From the NCBI GenBank assembly GCA_016713875.1, contig JADJOI010000002.1, forward strand, positions 17,092-81,091: 64,000 nucleotides of DNA, given 5' to 3'. This DNA comes from Flavobacteriales bacterium. GTDB taxonomy: Bacteria > Bacteroidota > Bacteroidia > Flavobacteriales_F > PHOS-HE28. Shown piece by piece: positions 1 through 9,512 of the stretch (positions are counted from its first letter, which is position 1; each line of letters begins with the position of its first letter). The notes beneath the pieces are model-generated. The model did no database searches. It was not told where the DNA came from and saw nothing but the letters and a program-made list of their open reading frames with translations. A program made the position numbers and the translations under genes.

Positions 1-829
1 GTGCGAGGAAGTGCGTGCGCTGGCCCGCGAAGTGGACTGGCCCTGCGAGCTGCACACACGGTTCAACGAGCGCAACCTGGGACTGCGCAAAGGGGTGAGC
101 AGCGCGATCGCCTGGTTCTTCGAGCACGAGCCGGAGGGCATCGTACTGGAGGACGACACCCTGCCGGTGCCCACCTTCTTCCGGTTCTGCCAGGAGCTGC
201 TGGAGCGTTACCGCCATGATGAGCGCGTATGGGTGATCATGGGCAACAACCTGATGGATGACTGGCCGGGCGGCACGGATGGCTCCTACTACTACAGTGC
301 GCACGGATACGGGGCCCCTTGGGGCTGGGCCAGCTGGCGTCGCACGTGGTCCCACTACGACGTGGACATGGGGGCATGGCCGGCTTTGAAGCAAAGCCCG
401 TTGCTGAAGGCCTTCTTTCTGGACCGCCGAGAGGAGGAGGACGTGCACAGCATGTTCGACTACGTGCATTGCGGGCGGATGAACTCGTGGTCCTACCAGC
501 TCGACATCACGCGGGTGATGAACCATGGCCTCAACATCCTTCCGGCGGTGAACCTGATCCGCAACATCGGGTTCGGTGCGGACGGTACGCACACGGTGGA
601 TCTTTCGGACCCGCGGAACAAGGACACCGCGCGCGACATCGCCTTCCCGCTGCAGCATCCGCGGTTCATGATGCTGGACGCCCGGCGCGACACGGCGTAC
701 TTCCGGCGCTTCATCGGCAGCACGCCGTCCTACCGGTTCAAACGGTCGTTGAAGGCCCTGCTCGGCGGTCCCGATGGGACCATGCTGAAGGCCCTCTCGT
801 CCATCAAGGCTAAGTTAGGCGGGCGATAG
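1..829 (+). CDS. glycosyltransferase-like protein, 5' end outside window
   Basis: The frame is open from the window edge to TAG at 827-829, with strong GC3 bias. The sequence (NERNLGLRKGVSSAIAWFFEHEPEGIVLEDD) looks like sugar transferases of O-antigen loci. The family call is from memory. Confidence 0.55.
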   Translation, partial: CEEVRALAREVDWPCELHTRFNERNLGLRKGVSSAIAWFFEHEPEGIVLEDDTLPVPTFFRFCQELLERYRHDERVWVIMGNNLMDDWPGGTDGSYYYSAHGYGAPWGWASWRRTWSHYDVDMGAWPALKQSPLLKAFFLDRREEEDVHSMFDYVHCGRMNSWSYQLDITRVMNHGLNILPAVNLIRNIGFGADGTHTVDLSDPRNKDTARDIAFPLQHPRFMMLDARRDTAYFRRFIGSTPSYRFKRSLKALLGGPDGTMLKALSSIKAKLGGR

Positions 830-840
830 GCCAACGCCGG

Positions 841-2139
841 ATGATCCGCAAACGCGACCTGGTCGACCTGTTGTTCCTGATCGGCTTCGCCGTCTACGGG
901 TTCGGCAGTTACATCGGCATGAAGCAGGGCCTGTCCAAGGGCCTGATCGTGTCCAACATGCCGTTCCTGGCCATCGTGGTGTTCTATCTGATCGATGCGG
1001 TGTACAGACAGCGTGTGCGCTACATGCTGACGGGCACCTACTGGCTGTGCCTGCTCTACATCGTCACCCTGGCCGTGTCCATGGTGGTCGGTCTCCGGGG
1101 CGGCATACCGGGGCTCAACGCGGGCAACGTGCTCCTGTCCATCCTGCTCTTCACGGTGCCCTTCCACGCCGCGGTGGTGGTGCAGTTCTACCATCGGGAT
1201 GATGATGGCTTCGACTTCTCGATGCTGCTGCTGCGTTCGCTGGGCCTGCTCATTCTCATCAACATCCTGGGATACGCCGCCGGTATCCGCTCCTTCGGCC
1301 ACAGCTTCGAGGGGCGAGCGAACTTCCCCTTCATCCGCGGCATCTACACGGGCGCGCACGTGCTCTCGGTGATCACGTTGATGATGCTGTTCCAGTTGCG
1401 CGACCTGTCCCGTCGCCCGGTGACGGTGGCGCTTGTCATCGGCGCCATCCTGCTCAACATGGCGATGATGGTGAGCATCAACAGCAGGCTCTCCCTGATG
1501 ATCTTCCTGCTGCTCGCCATCCTCTTTCTTACGCGGGCCATCAAGGTGGCGCGGGGACTGTACACCATCTCCCTGTTCACGATGCCGTTGTTGTTGAGCT
1601 TCTCCCTGCTGGTGTACCAGGTGCTCAGCCTGCCCTTCTTCCAGGCGATCCTGCAGCGGGTGAGCAAGGAGGACGTGACCACCTTCAATGGGCGCAGCTA
1701 CATCTGGAACGCGGTGGCGGAATGGGCGTGGAGCGACCGCACGGGCCTGCTCTTCGGCAACGGATACAAGGGGCACTACAAGCTGCATCTGCTCGATCTC
1801 GTGGCCAGGCTCTGGGGCGAGAAGCACGCCTACAACCTCCATTCCCACAGCACCTTCACGGAAGTGGTGGTGGCGCAGGGCGTCTTCGGTGTGGTGCTGC
1901 TGTACATCATCCTGTGGAGGGGCTTCAAGCACTACCGCCGTGAGTACCTCTTGCGCACGGACCAGGCACCGATCTTCGCCGGGCTGGTGTACATCCTCTT
2001 CATCTGGCAGATCGACATCTTTTGCTACGGCGTGGACATCGGACATGCGATCCTGTTCTGCATGATGGCACCGCTGGCGCTCCGACCCGACGCGATCACC
2101 CGCCGAACACGATCATTGGAAGGCGCATGGATGGACTGA
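841..2139 (+). CDS. O-antigen polymerase/ligase-like (Wzy-type) polytopic membrane protein
   Basis: 432-aa ORF with about 10 or more hydrophobic helices. It has a periplasmic-loop region (YKGHYKLHLLD...NLHSHSTFTEVV) typical of the O-antigen ligase/polymerase family. It sits among glycosyltransferases. Confidence 0.7.
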   Translation: MIRKRDLVDLLFLIGFAVYGFGSYIGMKQGLSKGLIVSNMPFLAIVVFYLIDAVYRQRVRYMLTGTYWLCLLYIVTLAVSMVVGLRGGIPGLNAGNVLLSILLFTVPFHAAVVVQFYHRDDDGFDFSMLLLRSLGLLILINILGYAAGIRSFGHSFEGRANFPFIRGIYTGAHVLSVITLMMLFQLRDLSRRPVTVALVIGAILLNMAMMVSINSRLSLMIFLLLAILFLTRAIKVARGLYTISLFTMPLLLSFSLLVYQVLSLPFFQAILQRVSKEDVTTFNGRSYIWNAVAEWAWSDRTGLLFGNGYKGHYKLHLLDLVARLWGEKHAYNLHSHSTFTEVVVAQGVFGVVLLYIILWRGFKHYRREYLLRTDQAPIFAGLVYILFIWQIDIFCYGVDIGHAILFCMMAPLALRPDAITRRTRSLEGAWMD

Positions 2140-2966
2140 ACGCACCCCTGGAAGGCGGTCGCCGGGTCCGGGGCGCGGCCGTAGGCCGGCCTGGAACACC
2201 CCTTGTGAGCATCGTCACGGTGGTGTACAACGGAGCGGCCACCCTGGAGCGCACGATCCAGAGCGTCCTTGAACAGCGCCATCCGGCCATCGAACACATC
2301 ATCGTCGATGGTGGAAGCACGGACGGGACGCTCGACCTGTTGCGGCGCTACGAGGACCGGCTGGCCTACTGGGTGAGCGCGAAGGACCGTGGCATCTACG
2401 ATGCCATGAACAAGGGCGTGGCGCTGTGCACCGGTGATTGGGTGGGCCTGATCAACGCGGACGACTGGTACGCCGCCGATGCGGTGGAACAGGTGGTGGC
2501 GGCCGTGAAGGACCGTGACGACATCAACATCGTGCATGGTGACATCCTCATCCACTACCCGGGCGGGGCCAGCAAGGTGAAGCATGCACGCGTGAACGGA
2601 TTCCTGCTGAAGCACTGGGAGATGGTGCTGAACCACCCCACCTTCTTCGTGCGGCGCAGCTACTATGCGGGCCGGCCCTTCGATGCGGAGCTTCGTGTGA
2701 GCGGTGACCATCAATGGACCCTGCGCGCGTGGATGGAGGACCCTCGGCAGTTCGTGTATCTGCCCCGCGTGCTGGCCCACTTCACTGCGGGCGGCGCCAG
2801 CATGACGATCCCGTTGCGGAAGGTGCTTCATGAGGGCGCCCGCGTGAGCCGTTCGGTGGGCATGGGCCCGTTGGGCGTGTTCACCGGCCAGCTGGTGCGC
2901 ACCACGCTGTACATCCCCCAAGTGCTGAAGCTGAAGCTCAACCAGTACCTTGGCGGGCGTCGTTGA
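2127..2966 (+). CDS. family 2 glycosyltransferase
   Basis: Motifs VSIVTVVYNG, DGGSTDGT, DAMNKG and INADD (DxD). I chose the ATG at 2127, which overlaps the upstream stop by 13 nt; the longer ORF from 2022 overlaps too far. Confidence 0.85.
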   Translation: MDGLNAPLEGGRRVRGAAVGRPGTPLVSIVTVVYNGAATLERTIQSVLEQRHPAIEHIIVDGGSTDGTLDLLRRYEDRLAYWVSAKDRGIYDAMNKGVALCTGDWVGLINADDWYAADAVEQVVAAVKDRDDINIVHGDILIHYPGGASKVKHARVNGFLLKHWEMVLNHPTFFVRRSYYAGRPFDAELRVSGDHQWTLRAWMEDPRQFVYLPRVLAHFTAGGASMTIPLRKVLHEGARVSRSVGMGPLGVFTGQLVRTTLYIPQVLKLKLNQYLGGRR

Positions 2967-2973
2967 GCACGCC

Positions 2974-3486
2974 ATGGCCAGCATGTGGAACATCGCCCAG
3001 GATCGGGCGGCCAACCGGGGTAATCCGAAAGGGCAACTGGTGATGCTGATGTTCCGCACGGCGCACCTGCTGCGGCAGAGCACGGTCACCTTCCTCCTGT
3101 TCCTCCCGTACTTCCTGCTCTACAGGCTCCTGGTCGAGTGGGTGCTATGCATCGAGCTGCCCTGGAAGACGCGCATCGGCCCGGGGTTCCGCATCGATCA
3201 CGGCCAGGCGCTGGTGGTGAACGACCACACGGTGTTCGGTGCGGGTTGCACGGTGCGCAACAGCACGACCATCGGCAACAAGCGCCTCCCTGACGGCACC
3301 TACAGTGCCAGCCCGCGCTTCGGGGACCGCGTGGACATCGGTGCGAACGCCGTCATCATCGGACCCATCACCGTGGGTGATGATGCGGCGATCGGGGCCG
3401 GGGCCGTGGTGGTGAAGGACGTCCCCGCCGGGCACATCGCCGTGGGCAATCCGGCGCGCATCCTGCAGCGCCGCCGTCCCGCCTGA
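2974..3486 (+). CDS. hexapeptide-repeat (LbH) acetyltransferase, WcaB/serine acetyltransferase-like
   Basis: Left-handed beta-helix repeats (GDRVDIGANAVIIGPITVGDDAAIGAGAVVVKDVPAGHIAVGNPARIL). The start is ATG 2974, with TTG 2950 as an alternative. Confidence 0.8.
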   Translation: MASMWNIAQDRAANRGNPKGQLVMLMFRTAHLLRQSTVTFLLFLPYFLLYRLLVEWVLCIELPWKTRIGPGFRIDHGQALVVNDHTVFGAGCTVRNSTTIGNKRLPDGTYSASPRFGDRVDIGANAVIIGPITVGDDAAIGAGAVVVKDVPAGHIAVGNPARILQRRRPA

Positions 3487-3554
3487 ACGCCCGACCCCCG
3501 GTGCAATGGACCAGGGGCCGGGCTTGGTGTATGGCGGGGATGCCGTTGATGGCG

Positions 3555-6281
3555 CTAGCGCACCATGAGCTTCTGTTCGGTCCGGGTGCTTCCGTCGTCC
3601 ACGCTCAGGACGTATGTGCCTGGGCGCACGGTGGAGGGCACGGGCAGGGGCGAGGTGGTGTTCACACGGTCCTGCCAGACCATGCGGCCGCTCAGGTCCA
3701 TGAGCCGGAGGTCGGCGGAGCCCGTTCCGGTGAGGTGGAGCAGACCACCGGCCTCCACGGGGTTCGGGAACGCCATCGGCCGATCGGCCCCCATCTGCTC
3801 ATCCGGGGCGATCCCGGTGCTCAACCCGCAGAGGATGTCCTCCTCGCGCACTAGGACGATCGAGCGATAGGCCTGCACCGTGATGGAACCGCTGTGCAGG
3901 TTGCCCTGGACATCGCTCCAGCAGCCGTCGAGGCTGAAGGTCTGCGCGGTGGGCTGGTCGTTCACCAACAGTTGCTGACGGTCCAGCGGGTCCAGCGGCG
4001 TCACGTCCACACGATGCAGCTCCACATTGTCCAGCCAGTAGGTGCTCTCGGTGTAGTGGTTGGTGAAGGTGCAGTTGCCCTGGTCGGTGAGGTCGCTTTG
4101 GAAGAACATGGTCACGTCGCGACGCACCGGGCTGAAGGGAATGAAGCGGCTCGCCACCATCTGCGGCCCGGTCTGCTGCGTCAGCCCCTTGAAGCCGGCC
4201 TTCACCTCGCCCTGCATGGTGCTCTGGATGCTGAAGCGGAACCGGTACCACTGGCCGCTCTGCACATTGGCGAGCTGGTTGTGCTTCAGGGTGAACTCGT
4301 TGTAGGTGTTGTTGTTCGCGAAGTGCACCTTGAGGGCGCCGTTGTCCAGCTGGCCATAGTCGTGCGTGGTCTGCCCCTGACTGGGCCAGCCGCTCCATCC
4401 GTTCACGTCGTAGGCGAAGTTGCCGTTGGGCACCAGGTTCGCGCTCAGCACATCGGCCACCGCGAAGGCGCTCATCGTCTTGGGGCTGCGCAGCGAGTTC
4501 GCGTCCTCGCCCCGCTCGGCCTGCCAGCGCTCCAGGCTGAAGTACTTCATCACCCCGGCGAAGGTGTTGAACTGCAGGATGCTGCGGTCGTTGTAGGGGT
4601 TGAAGTAGTAGTTGTTGTTGAAGGTGCCGTAGTCCACCCAGTTGGCCGAGTACACGTGGTACTGCCGCATGCAGAGCTGGTCCTCGGCCAGCGCGTACAT
4701 CACGTTACCGCTGTACACGTCGTTGAAGGCCGGCATGTGGTAGGGTGCCGTTGCACCGGGGCCGTTGGAGTTGCTGAAGTCGGAGATGGACAGCTGCACC
4801 GTGTTGTTGAACAGGATGTTGTCCTTGATCTGGTTGCCCGTGCTCACCATGGTGTGGTCCACATGGATGCCGCTGCCGAGGCAGTTGGCCACGGTGTTGT
4901 GCTGCACCAGGGTGTTCTTGATGCTGATGTTCCCGAAGTAGATGCCATGGCAGATGGGCTCGTAGTTGCTGAAGTTCGGGGCCGAGCTCTCGAGGTTCCC
5001 GGTGATGTCCATCACGATGTTGTCGCGGATGATCATCCCATCGGCGTTGTCGAACGCGATGCCGCCGCCGTCGTTGAGGATCGCCAGGGCGTGGCGCACC
5101 ACGTTGCGTTCCACCAGCGCGTTGCGCTCCACCACCATGCCCACGTAGCCGATGTTGTCGAAGCGGTTGTCCGTCACTACCATGCCCTGGCCCGTGAGCC
5201 GCAGGCCGAAGTAGCCCCAGTTGTTCTCGCCCAGTCCGGGCTGCAGGGCCACGTCCTCGAACACGCACTGCGTCACCGAGCTGTTGTCGTCCATCAGGTA
5301 CACCCCGGTGGCGTAGGTGCGCTGCACGTTCAGGTGGTGGAAGTCCTGGTCGCCGCCGGTGCTCAGGATGGCCTGGTACGTGTCGCTGAAGCTGCAGTGG
5401 TCGGCCTCCAGCTGGGTGGTGCCGCTCAGGCGCAGGCTGGCGCCGGTCTGGTGGCGGAAGGCGATGTGCTCCACGAGGATGTGGTGGCGCTGCCAGCTTA
5501 TGGAGATGCCATGGTCGGTGACGCTCACCTCCACCAGCTGGGTGTTCGGGTCGGCGTTGCCGGGGCACCACAGGTATAGCTGTCCGTTGACCACATCGTG
5601 GAACCATTCCCCGGGCGCATCGAGCTCGCTGAGCTTGTTGCGCAGGAAATACCCCCAGTGGTCGTCGCCGATGTTGTTGCCCGTGCTCGTGTGGGTGAGC
5701 GTGGTCCCCGAGTGCGCTGTCACGCGCGCGGTGTCGTAGCTCCAGTTGGTGGTGCGCATCACCATCGTGGCGCCGGTCCAGTACCCGGCCGGTTGGGTGA
5801 GCGCGGCGTCCTGCGTGGTGGTGGCGGTTCCCAGATCGTTGCGTAGCCAGCCACTGTTCGGGTAGCGTGCCAGGGTCTGCAGTGCTCCGTTCACGAACAG
5901 CTGCTTCATGGCCTGGCTGAAGGGTGCACGCCAGATCTGGCCGCTGTGCACCGTCCACCCGGTCACCGGCACGCTGCCGCTGATCACGGGATCGGCCCCG
6001 GTGCCATAGGCGCCGATGGTGATGCGGTTGCCGGCCGTGCCGCTGGCCGAGACCGTCAGTTTGCCCCGGAACACGCCCCCGCGTTGGAAGAGCACCTGGT
6101 CGCCGGGCTGCAGTTGGCCGGCGATCTGGTTCACGCGGGCGATGGTCTGCCAGGCCTGGGCCGGGCTCGTTCCGCTGTTGGTGTCATTCCCACCGGGCGA
6201 TACGTGGTAGGTGGCCGCTGGAAGCTTGAGGGCCAGCAGCAGCAGCACAGGGAGAACGAGGTGTAGGGTTCTGTTGCGCAT
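3555..6281 (-). CDS. secreted right-handed beta-helix protein with T9SS C-terminal sorting domain
   Basis: Signal peptide MRNRTLHLVLPVLLLLALKLPAATY from ATG 6281. Many parallel beta-helix-type repeats (NN..DN.I.G). The C-terminus (FPNPVEAGGLLHL...LMDLSGRMV...GTYVLSV) is typical of a T9SS CTD. Confidence 0.8.
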   Translation of the reverse strand: MRNRTLHLVLPVLLLLALKLPAATYHVSPGGNDTNSGTSPAQAWQTIARVNQIAGQLQPGDQVLFQRGGVFRGKLTVSASGTAGNRITIGAYGTGADPVISGSVPVTGWTVHSGQIWRAPFSQAMKQLFVNGALQTLARYPNSGWLRNDLGTATTTQDAALTQPAGYWTGATMVMRTTNWSYDTARVTAHSGTTLTHTSTGNNIGDDHWGYFLRNKLSELDAPGEWFHDVVNGQLYLWCPGNADPNTQLVEVSVTDHGISISWQRHHILVEHIAFRHQTGASLRLSGTTQLEADHCSFSDTYQAILSTGGDQDFHHLNVQRTYATGVYLMDDNSSVTQCVFEDVALQPGLGENNWGYFGLRLTGQGMVVTDNRFDNIGYVGMVVERNALVERNVVRHALAILNDGGGIAFDNADGMIIRDNIVMDITGNLESSAPNFSNYEPICHGIYFGNISIKNTLVQHNTVANCLGSGIHVDHTMVSTGNQIKDNILFNNTVQLSISDFSNSNGPGATAPYHMPAFNDVYSGNVMYALAEDQLCMRQYHVYSANWVDYGTFNNNYYFNPYNDRSILQFNTFAGVMKYFSLERWQAERGEDANSLRSPKTMSAFAVADVLSANLVPNGNFAYDVNGWSGWPSQGQTTHDYGQLDNGALKVHFANNNTYNEFTLKHNQLANVQSGQWYRFRFSIQSTMQGEVKAGFKGLTQQTGPQMVASRFIPFSPVRRDVTMFFQSDLTDQGNCTFTNHYTESTYWLDNVELHRVDVTPLDPLDRQQLLVNDQPTAQTFSLDGCWSDVQGNLHSGSITVQAYRSIVLVREEDILCGLSTGIAPDEQMGADRPMAFPNPVEAGGLLHLTGTGSADLRLMDLSGRMVWQDRVNTTSPLPVPSTVRPGTYVLSVDDGSTRTEQKLMVR

Positions 6282-6390
6282 GATCGGTCGTTCGTGCCCT
6301 TCAACCCCGGGGAAGGGGCGCCGGTTGGGTTCTTTCGACGGATCCCGATGCAGCGCCGATGAACGCCTTACGATGGCCGCCCGGGGCGGA

Positions 6391-6398
6391 TACCTTTG
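6391..6398 (+). promoter_or_regulatory. Bacteroidota-type -7 box TACCTTTG immediately upstream of ATG 6406
   Basis: Exact match to TAnnTTTG, 7 nt before the preferred start codon. This implies a leaderless or very short leader transcript. Confidence 0.4.
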
Positions 6399-6405
6399 GC
6401 CGCCG

Positions 6406-7524
6406 ATGACCGGACGACCCCTGCATGTGCTTGTCGTGGGCCAGACCCCGCCACCGTTCGGAGGCCAGGCGGTGATGATCCAGGCCATGCTTGAGGGGCG
6501 GTACGAGGGGGTGGTGCTCCATCACGTGCGCATGGCCTTCTCGGAGGACATGGAAAGCGTGGGCCGTTTCCAGCCGCGCAAACTGTGGGTGCTCTTCACC
6601 ACCGTGCTGGCCGTGTGGCGCGCCCGGATCGTGCATCGCACCCCGGCGCTGTACTATCCGCCCAGCGGACCCAACAAGGTGCCCGTCCTGCGCGACCTGG
6701 TCCTGCTTTGCGCTGTGCGTTGGATGTTCCGTCTCACGGTGTTCCACTTCCACGCCAGTGGGGTATCCGGTTTCGCCCCGCAACTACCCCGGGCACTGCG
6801 CCCCTTGTTCCGCATCGCCTACGGACGTCCTGACCTGGCCATCCGCACGGCGGAGCAGAACCCCGATGACGGGGCGGCGTTGGGCGCGCGGCGGTCGATC
6901 GTCGTGCCCAATGGTGTGCCGGACGGGCGCGGCACGGTGGCCGAGCGGACGGCGGCACCGGGCGAGCCGCTCGTGGTGCTCTTCACCGGGGTGCTGATCC
7001 CCAGCAAGGGAGTGACGGTGCTGCTGGAGGCTTTCAGGTTGCTCCGTGGCCAGGGGGTGAACGCGCGGTTGGAGCTGATGGGCAAGTGGGGTGATGCGAC
7101 CTTCCGGGAGCAATGCGAACGCTTCGTAGCACTGCACAGGCTTGCGGACCGGGTACGGTTCCTCGGTGTGAAGCGTGATGCGGAGAAGCTCGCTCACTTC
7201 GCCGGTTGCGATATCTTCTGTTTCCCCTCGCACTTCGAGGCGGAGAGCTTCGGATTGGTGCTCACCGAGGCCATGCAGTTCGCGAAGCCTGTGGTGAGCA
7301 CTCGCTGGCGTGGCATCCCGTCGGTGGTGGAGGAGGGTGTCAACGGCTTCCTGGTGCCGGTGGAGGACCCCGGTGCAGTGGCCGACCGCGTGGCCCGGCT
7401 GTCGGCCGATCCGGACCTGCGTCGTACGATGGGCGAGGCGGGCCGGCGCATCTTTGAACAGCGATTCACGTTAGAACGGTTCCATCGGCGCATGGAGGAG
7501 GCCTTCCTCAGCCTGCGTCCCTAG
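6406..7524 (+). CDS. family 4 (GT-B) glycosyltransferase
   Basis: N-terminus MTGRPLHVLVVGQTPPPFGG and the E-x7-E region EAESFGLVLTEAMQFAKPVVSTRWRGIPSVVEEGVNGFLV. The ORF track start at 6211 would overlap the divergent gene, so ATG 6406 (or 6373) is preferred. Confidence 0.85.
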   Translation: MTGRPLHVLVVGQTPPPFGGQAVMIQAMLEGRYEGVVLHHVRMAFSEDMESVGRFQPRKLWVLFTTVLAVWRARIVHRTPALYYPPSGPNKVPVLRDLVLLCAVRWMFRLTVFHFHASGVSGFAPQLPRALRPLFRIAYGRPDLAIRTAEQNPDDGAALGARRSIVVPNGVPDGRGTVAERTAAPGEPLVVLFTGVLIPSKGVTVLLEAFRLLRGQGVNARLELMGKWGDATFREQCERFVALHRLADRVRFLGVKRDAEKLAHFAGCDIFCFPSHFEAESFGLVLTEAMQFAKPVVSTRWRGIPSVVEEGVNGFLVPVEDPGAVADRVARLSADPDLRRTMGEAGRRIFEQRFTLERFHRRMEEAFLSLRP

Positions 7525-7535
7525 TGCGAACGACC

Positions 7536-8537
7536 ATGCGAGTCCTTGTCACCGGCGGGTCCGGCTTCATCGGCACCAACCTCGTGAAGCTCCTGCTCGA
7601 TGCGGGGGAGGAGGTGCTCAATGTGGACTGGAACCCACCACTGGACCCAGGGCAGCGGCCGACCTGGCGGGAGCTCGACATCATGGATGAACAGGCGCTC
7701 GCCGATGCACTGGCCACGTTCAGACCCACACACGTGGTCCATCTGGCGGCACGCACCGATACCGATGAGCAACGGGACCTGAACGCCTACGTGCAGAACC
7801 ACGAAGGCACCCGCCGCGTGCTGAACGCGGTGAAGGCCTGCCCATCGGTGGAGCGCATCATCGTCACCAGCACGCAGTTCGTCTGCGAGGCGGGCCACCA
7901 GCCCAAGGACGACCTGGATTTCAAGCCGTACACTCTATATGGTGAGTCCAAGCGGCTCACCGAGATGGTCACGCGCGAGGCGCGGCTGTCCTGCACCTGG
8001 ACCATCATCCGGCCCACCACCATCTGGGGCCCGTGGAGCCTGCGCTACCGCGATGTGATGTTCAAGGTGATGCGGAAGGGTCTCTACTTCCATCCTTCAA
8101 GGCGCAAGGTGATCCGGTCGTACGGCTATGTAGGCAACGTGGTATGGCAGATCGACCGCATCCTTCGGCTGCCGGCGGAACGGATGAACGGCCGTGTGTT
8201 CTATGTGGGCGACCCGCCCTTCGACCTGCGCACGTGGGTGGAGGCGGTGTCCAAGGCGCTCACCGGCCGTCCCGTGCGGTACATCCCCACGTGGGCCGTG
8301 CGCACCCTGGCGGTCACCGGTGACGTGCTCAAGGGGGTGGGGTTGCCGTTCCCGATCACCAGCGGCCGCTTCCGGTCGATGACCAGTGACTACATCACGC
8401 CCATGGACCGCACGATCGAGGCGCTCGGCCCCGCGCCGTTCAGTGTGGAGGAGGGTGTGAAGGCGATGGTGGCGTGGTACGACGACGGCAGTGAGCGCAT
8501 CGCGCATCCGGTCCGCAACGTGGTGGGCCATGGCTGA
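7536..8537 (+). CDS. NAD-dependent sugar epimerase/dehydratase (SDR family)
   Basis: Rossmann motif MRVLVTGGSGFIGTNLV; length and context fit. GTG 7524 is an alternative start. Confidence 0.85.
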   Translation: MRVLVTGGSGFIGTNLVKLLLDAGEEVLNVDWNPPLDPGQRPTWRELDIMDEQALADALATFRPTHVVHLAARTDTDEQRDLNAYVQNHEGTRRVLNAVKACPSVERIIVTSTQFVCEAGHQPKDDLDFKPYTLYGESKRLTEMVTREARLSCTWTIIRPTTIWGPWSLRYRDVMFKVMRKGLYFHPSRRKVIRSYGYVGNVVWQIDRILRLPAERMNGRVFYVGDPPFDLRTWVEAVSKALTGRPVRYIPTWAVRTLAVTGDVLKGVGLPFPITSGRFRSMTSDYITPMDRTIEALGPAPFSVEEGVKAMVAWYDDGSERIAHPVRNVVGHG

Positions 8538-9363
8538 GCGGCTCCTGATCAGTCCGGGCGCTCTGCCCAAGCGGGAGGTGGTCGGCGCGGGCATCACCCT
8601 GGGGAGCTTCGACGACCATGTGCGGATGATCGCGGCGCTCGGTGCCGCGCATCGCTCTTCGTATGTCTGCTGTGTGAACGCGCACATGGCGGTGGAGGCG
8701 GCCCGCGATCCCGCGTTCGCGGCGGTGGTGAACAGCGCCGACCTGGCCACGGCCGATGGCATGCCCCTGCTGCGCTGCCTGCAATGGATCGGCGGTGAGC
8801 GGCAGGACCGAGTGGCGGGCAACGACCTGATGCCGGCCCTGCTGGACAGGGCGGCGGAGCAAGGGCTCTCGGTCTATCTTTATGGGGGGCGCGAAGAGGT
8901 GTTGAAGAGGATCCGCGAACGGGCCGGGCGCGAACTGCCCGCCTTGCGCATCGCCGGCATGCACGCCCCGCCGTTCCGGGCGTTGAGCGATGCGGAGATG
9001 AAGGCCGATGCGGACCGGATCAATGCCAGCGGGGCGCACATCGTGATGGTATCGCTGGGCTGTCCCAAGCAGGAACGGTGGATGGCCGCCATGCGCCCTT
9101 CGGTGAACGCGGTGATGCTGGGGCTTGGAGGCGCGTTCCTCCTCTATGCCGGTGTGGACACGCGGGCGCCGAAGTGGATGCGCGACCTCTCGCTCGAATG
9201 GCTCTACAGGCTGGCGCTCGAGCCCGGTCGCCTGTGGAAACGATACCTGGTGACCAACACCCTGTTCCTCGTCCTCGCGATGAAGGCCGGCTGGCAGCGG
9301 ATGCTCGGACAGCGCACCGGGCGCATCGCTCCGCTGGCGGAAGCAACGGGGCTCATCGGATGA
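8530..9363 (+). CDS. WecB/TagA/CpsF family (GT26) glycosyltransferase
   Basis: ADGMPLL, VYLYGG, SLGCPKQERWM and LGLGGAF motifs. ATG 8530 overlaps the upstream stop (ATGGCTGA). Confidence 0.85.
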   Translation: MAERLLISPGALPKREVVGAGITLGSFDDHVRMIAALGAAHRSSYVCCVNAHMAVEAARDPAFAAVVNSADLATADGMPLLRCLQWIGGERQDRVAGNDLMPALLDRAAEQGLSVYLYGGREEVLKRIRERAGRELPALRIAGMHAPPFRALSDAEMKADADRINASGAHIVMVSLGCPKQERWMAAMRPSVNAVMLGLGGAFLLYAGVDTRAPKWMRDLSLEWLYRLALEPGRLWKRYLVTNTLFLVLAMKAGWQRMLGQRTGRIAPLAEATGLIG

Positions 9364-9435
9364 GCGTCGTTCCGACATCCAACGCTGCCTGGAAGCGACT
9401 GCTTTCGACGAATCAAAGGATTTCTTCGACAAAAC

Positions 9436-9466
9436 TTGACAGGGGATGGTGGCTGGTCTAGTTTTG
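9436..9466 (+). promoter_or_regulatory. candidate promoter (-33 TTGACA, -7 TAGTTTTG) for the sugar transferase gene
   Basis: TTG at 9436-9438 and an exact TAnnTTTG at 9459-9466, with 20-nt spacing, about 46 nt upstream of ATG 9513. Confidence 0.5.
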
Positions 9467-9512
9467 ACCTCCCCTTACGACCGGCCAGGAAGCGACCAGG
9501 TGACCCCCATCA

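Noticed and set aside
3894-5579. Very long ORFs antisense to or overlapping confident genes. Examples: 730-2046(-), 3894-5579(+), 12382-14007(-), 25807-28326(-), 49199-51337(-), 62106-63572(+).
   Set aside because: These are typical shadow ORFs of high-GC DNA. Their translations are Arg/Gly/His/Ala/Val-rich low-complexity sequence with no motifs, while the opposite frame carries unmistakable family signatures.
6211-6405. The N-terminal extension of the GT4 ORF, and likewise the extensions 19369-20364 (cdsA), 34964-35128 (YdeI), 40546-40893, 42679-43101 and 45189-45293.
   Set aside because: The extensions overlap neighbouring genes or repeats and are Arg/Pro/Gly-rich. They precede an internal start that gives a canonical N-terminus or signal peptide.
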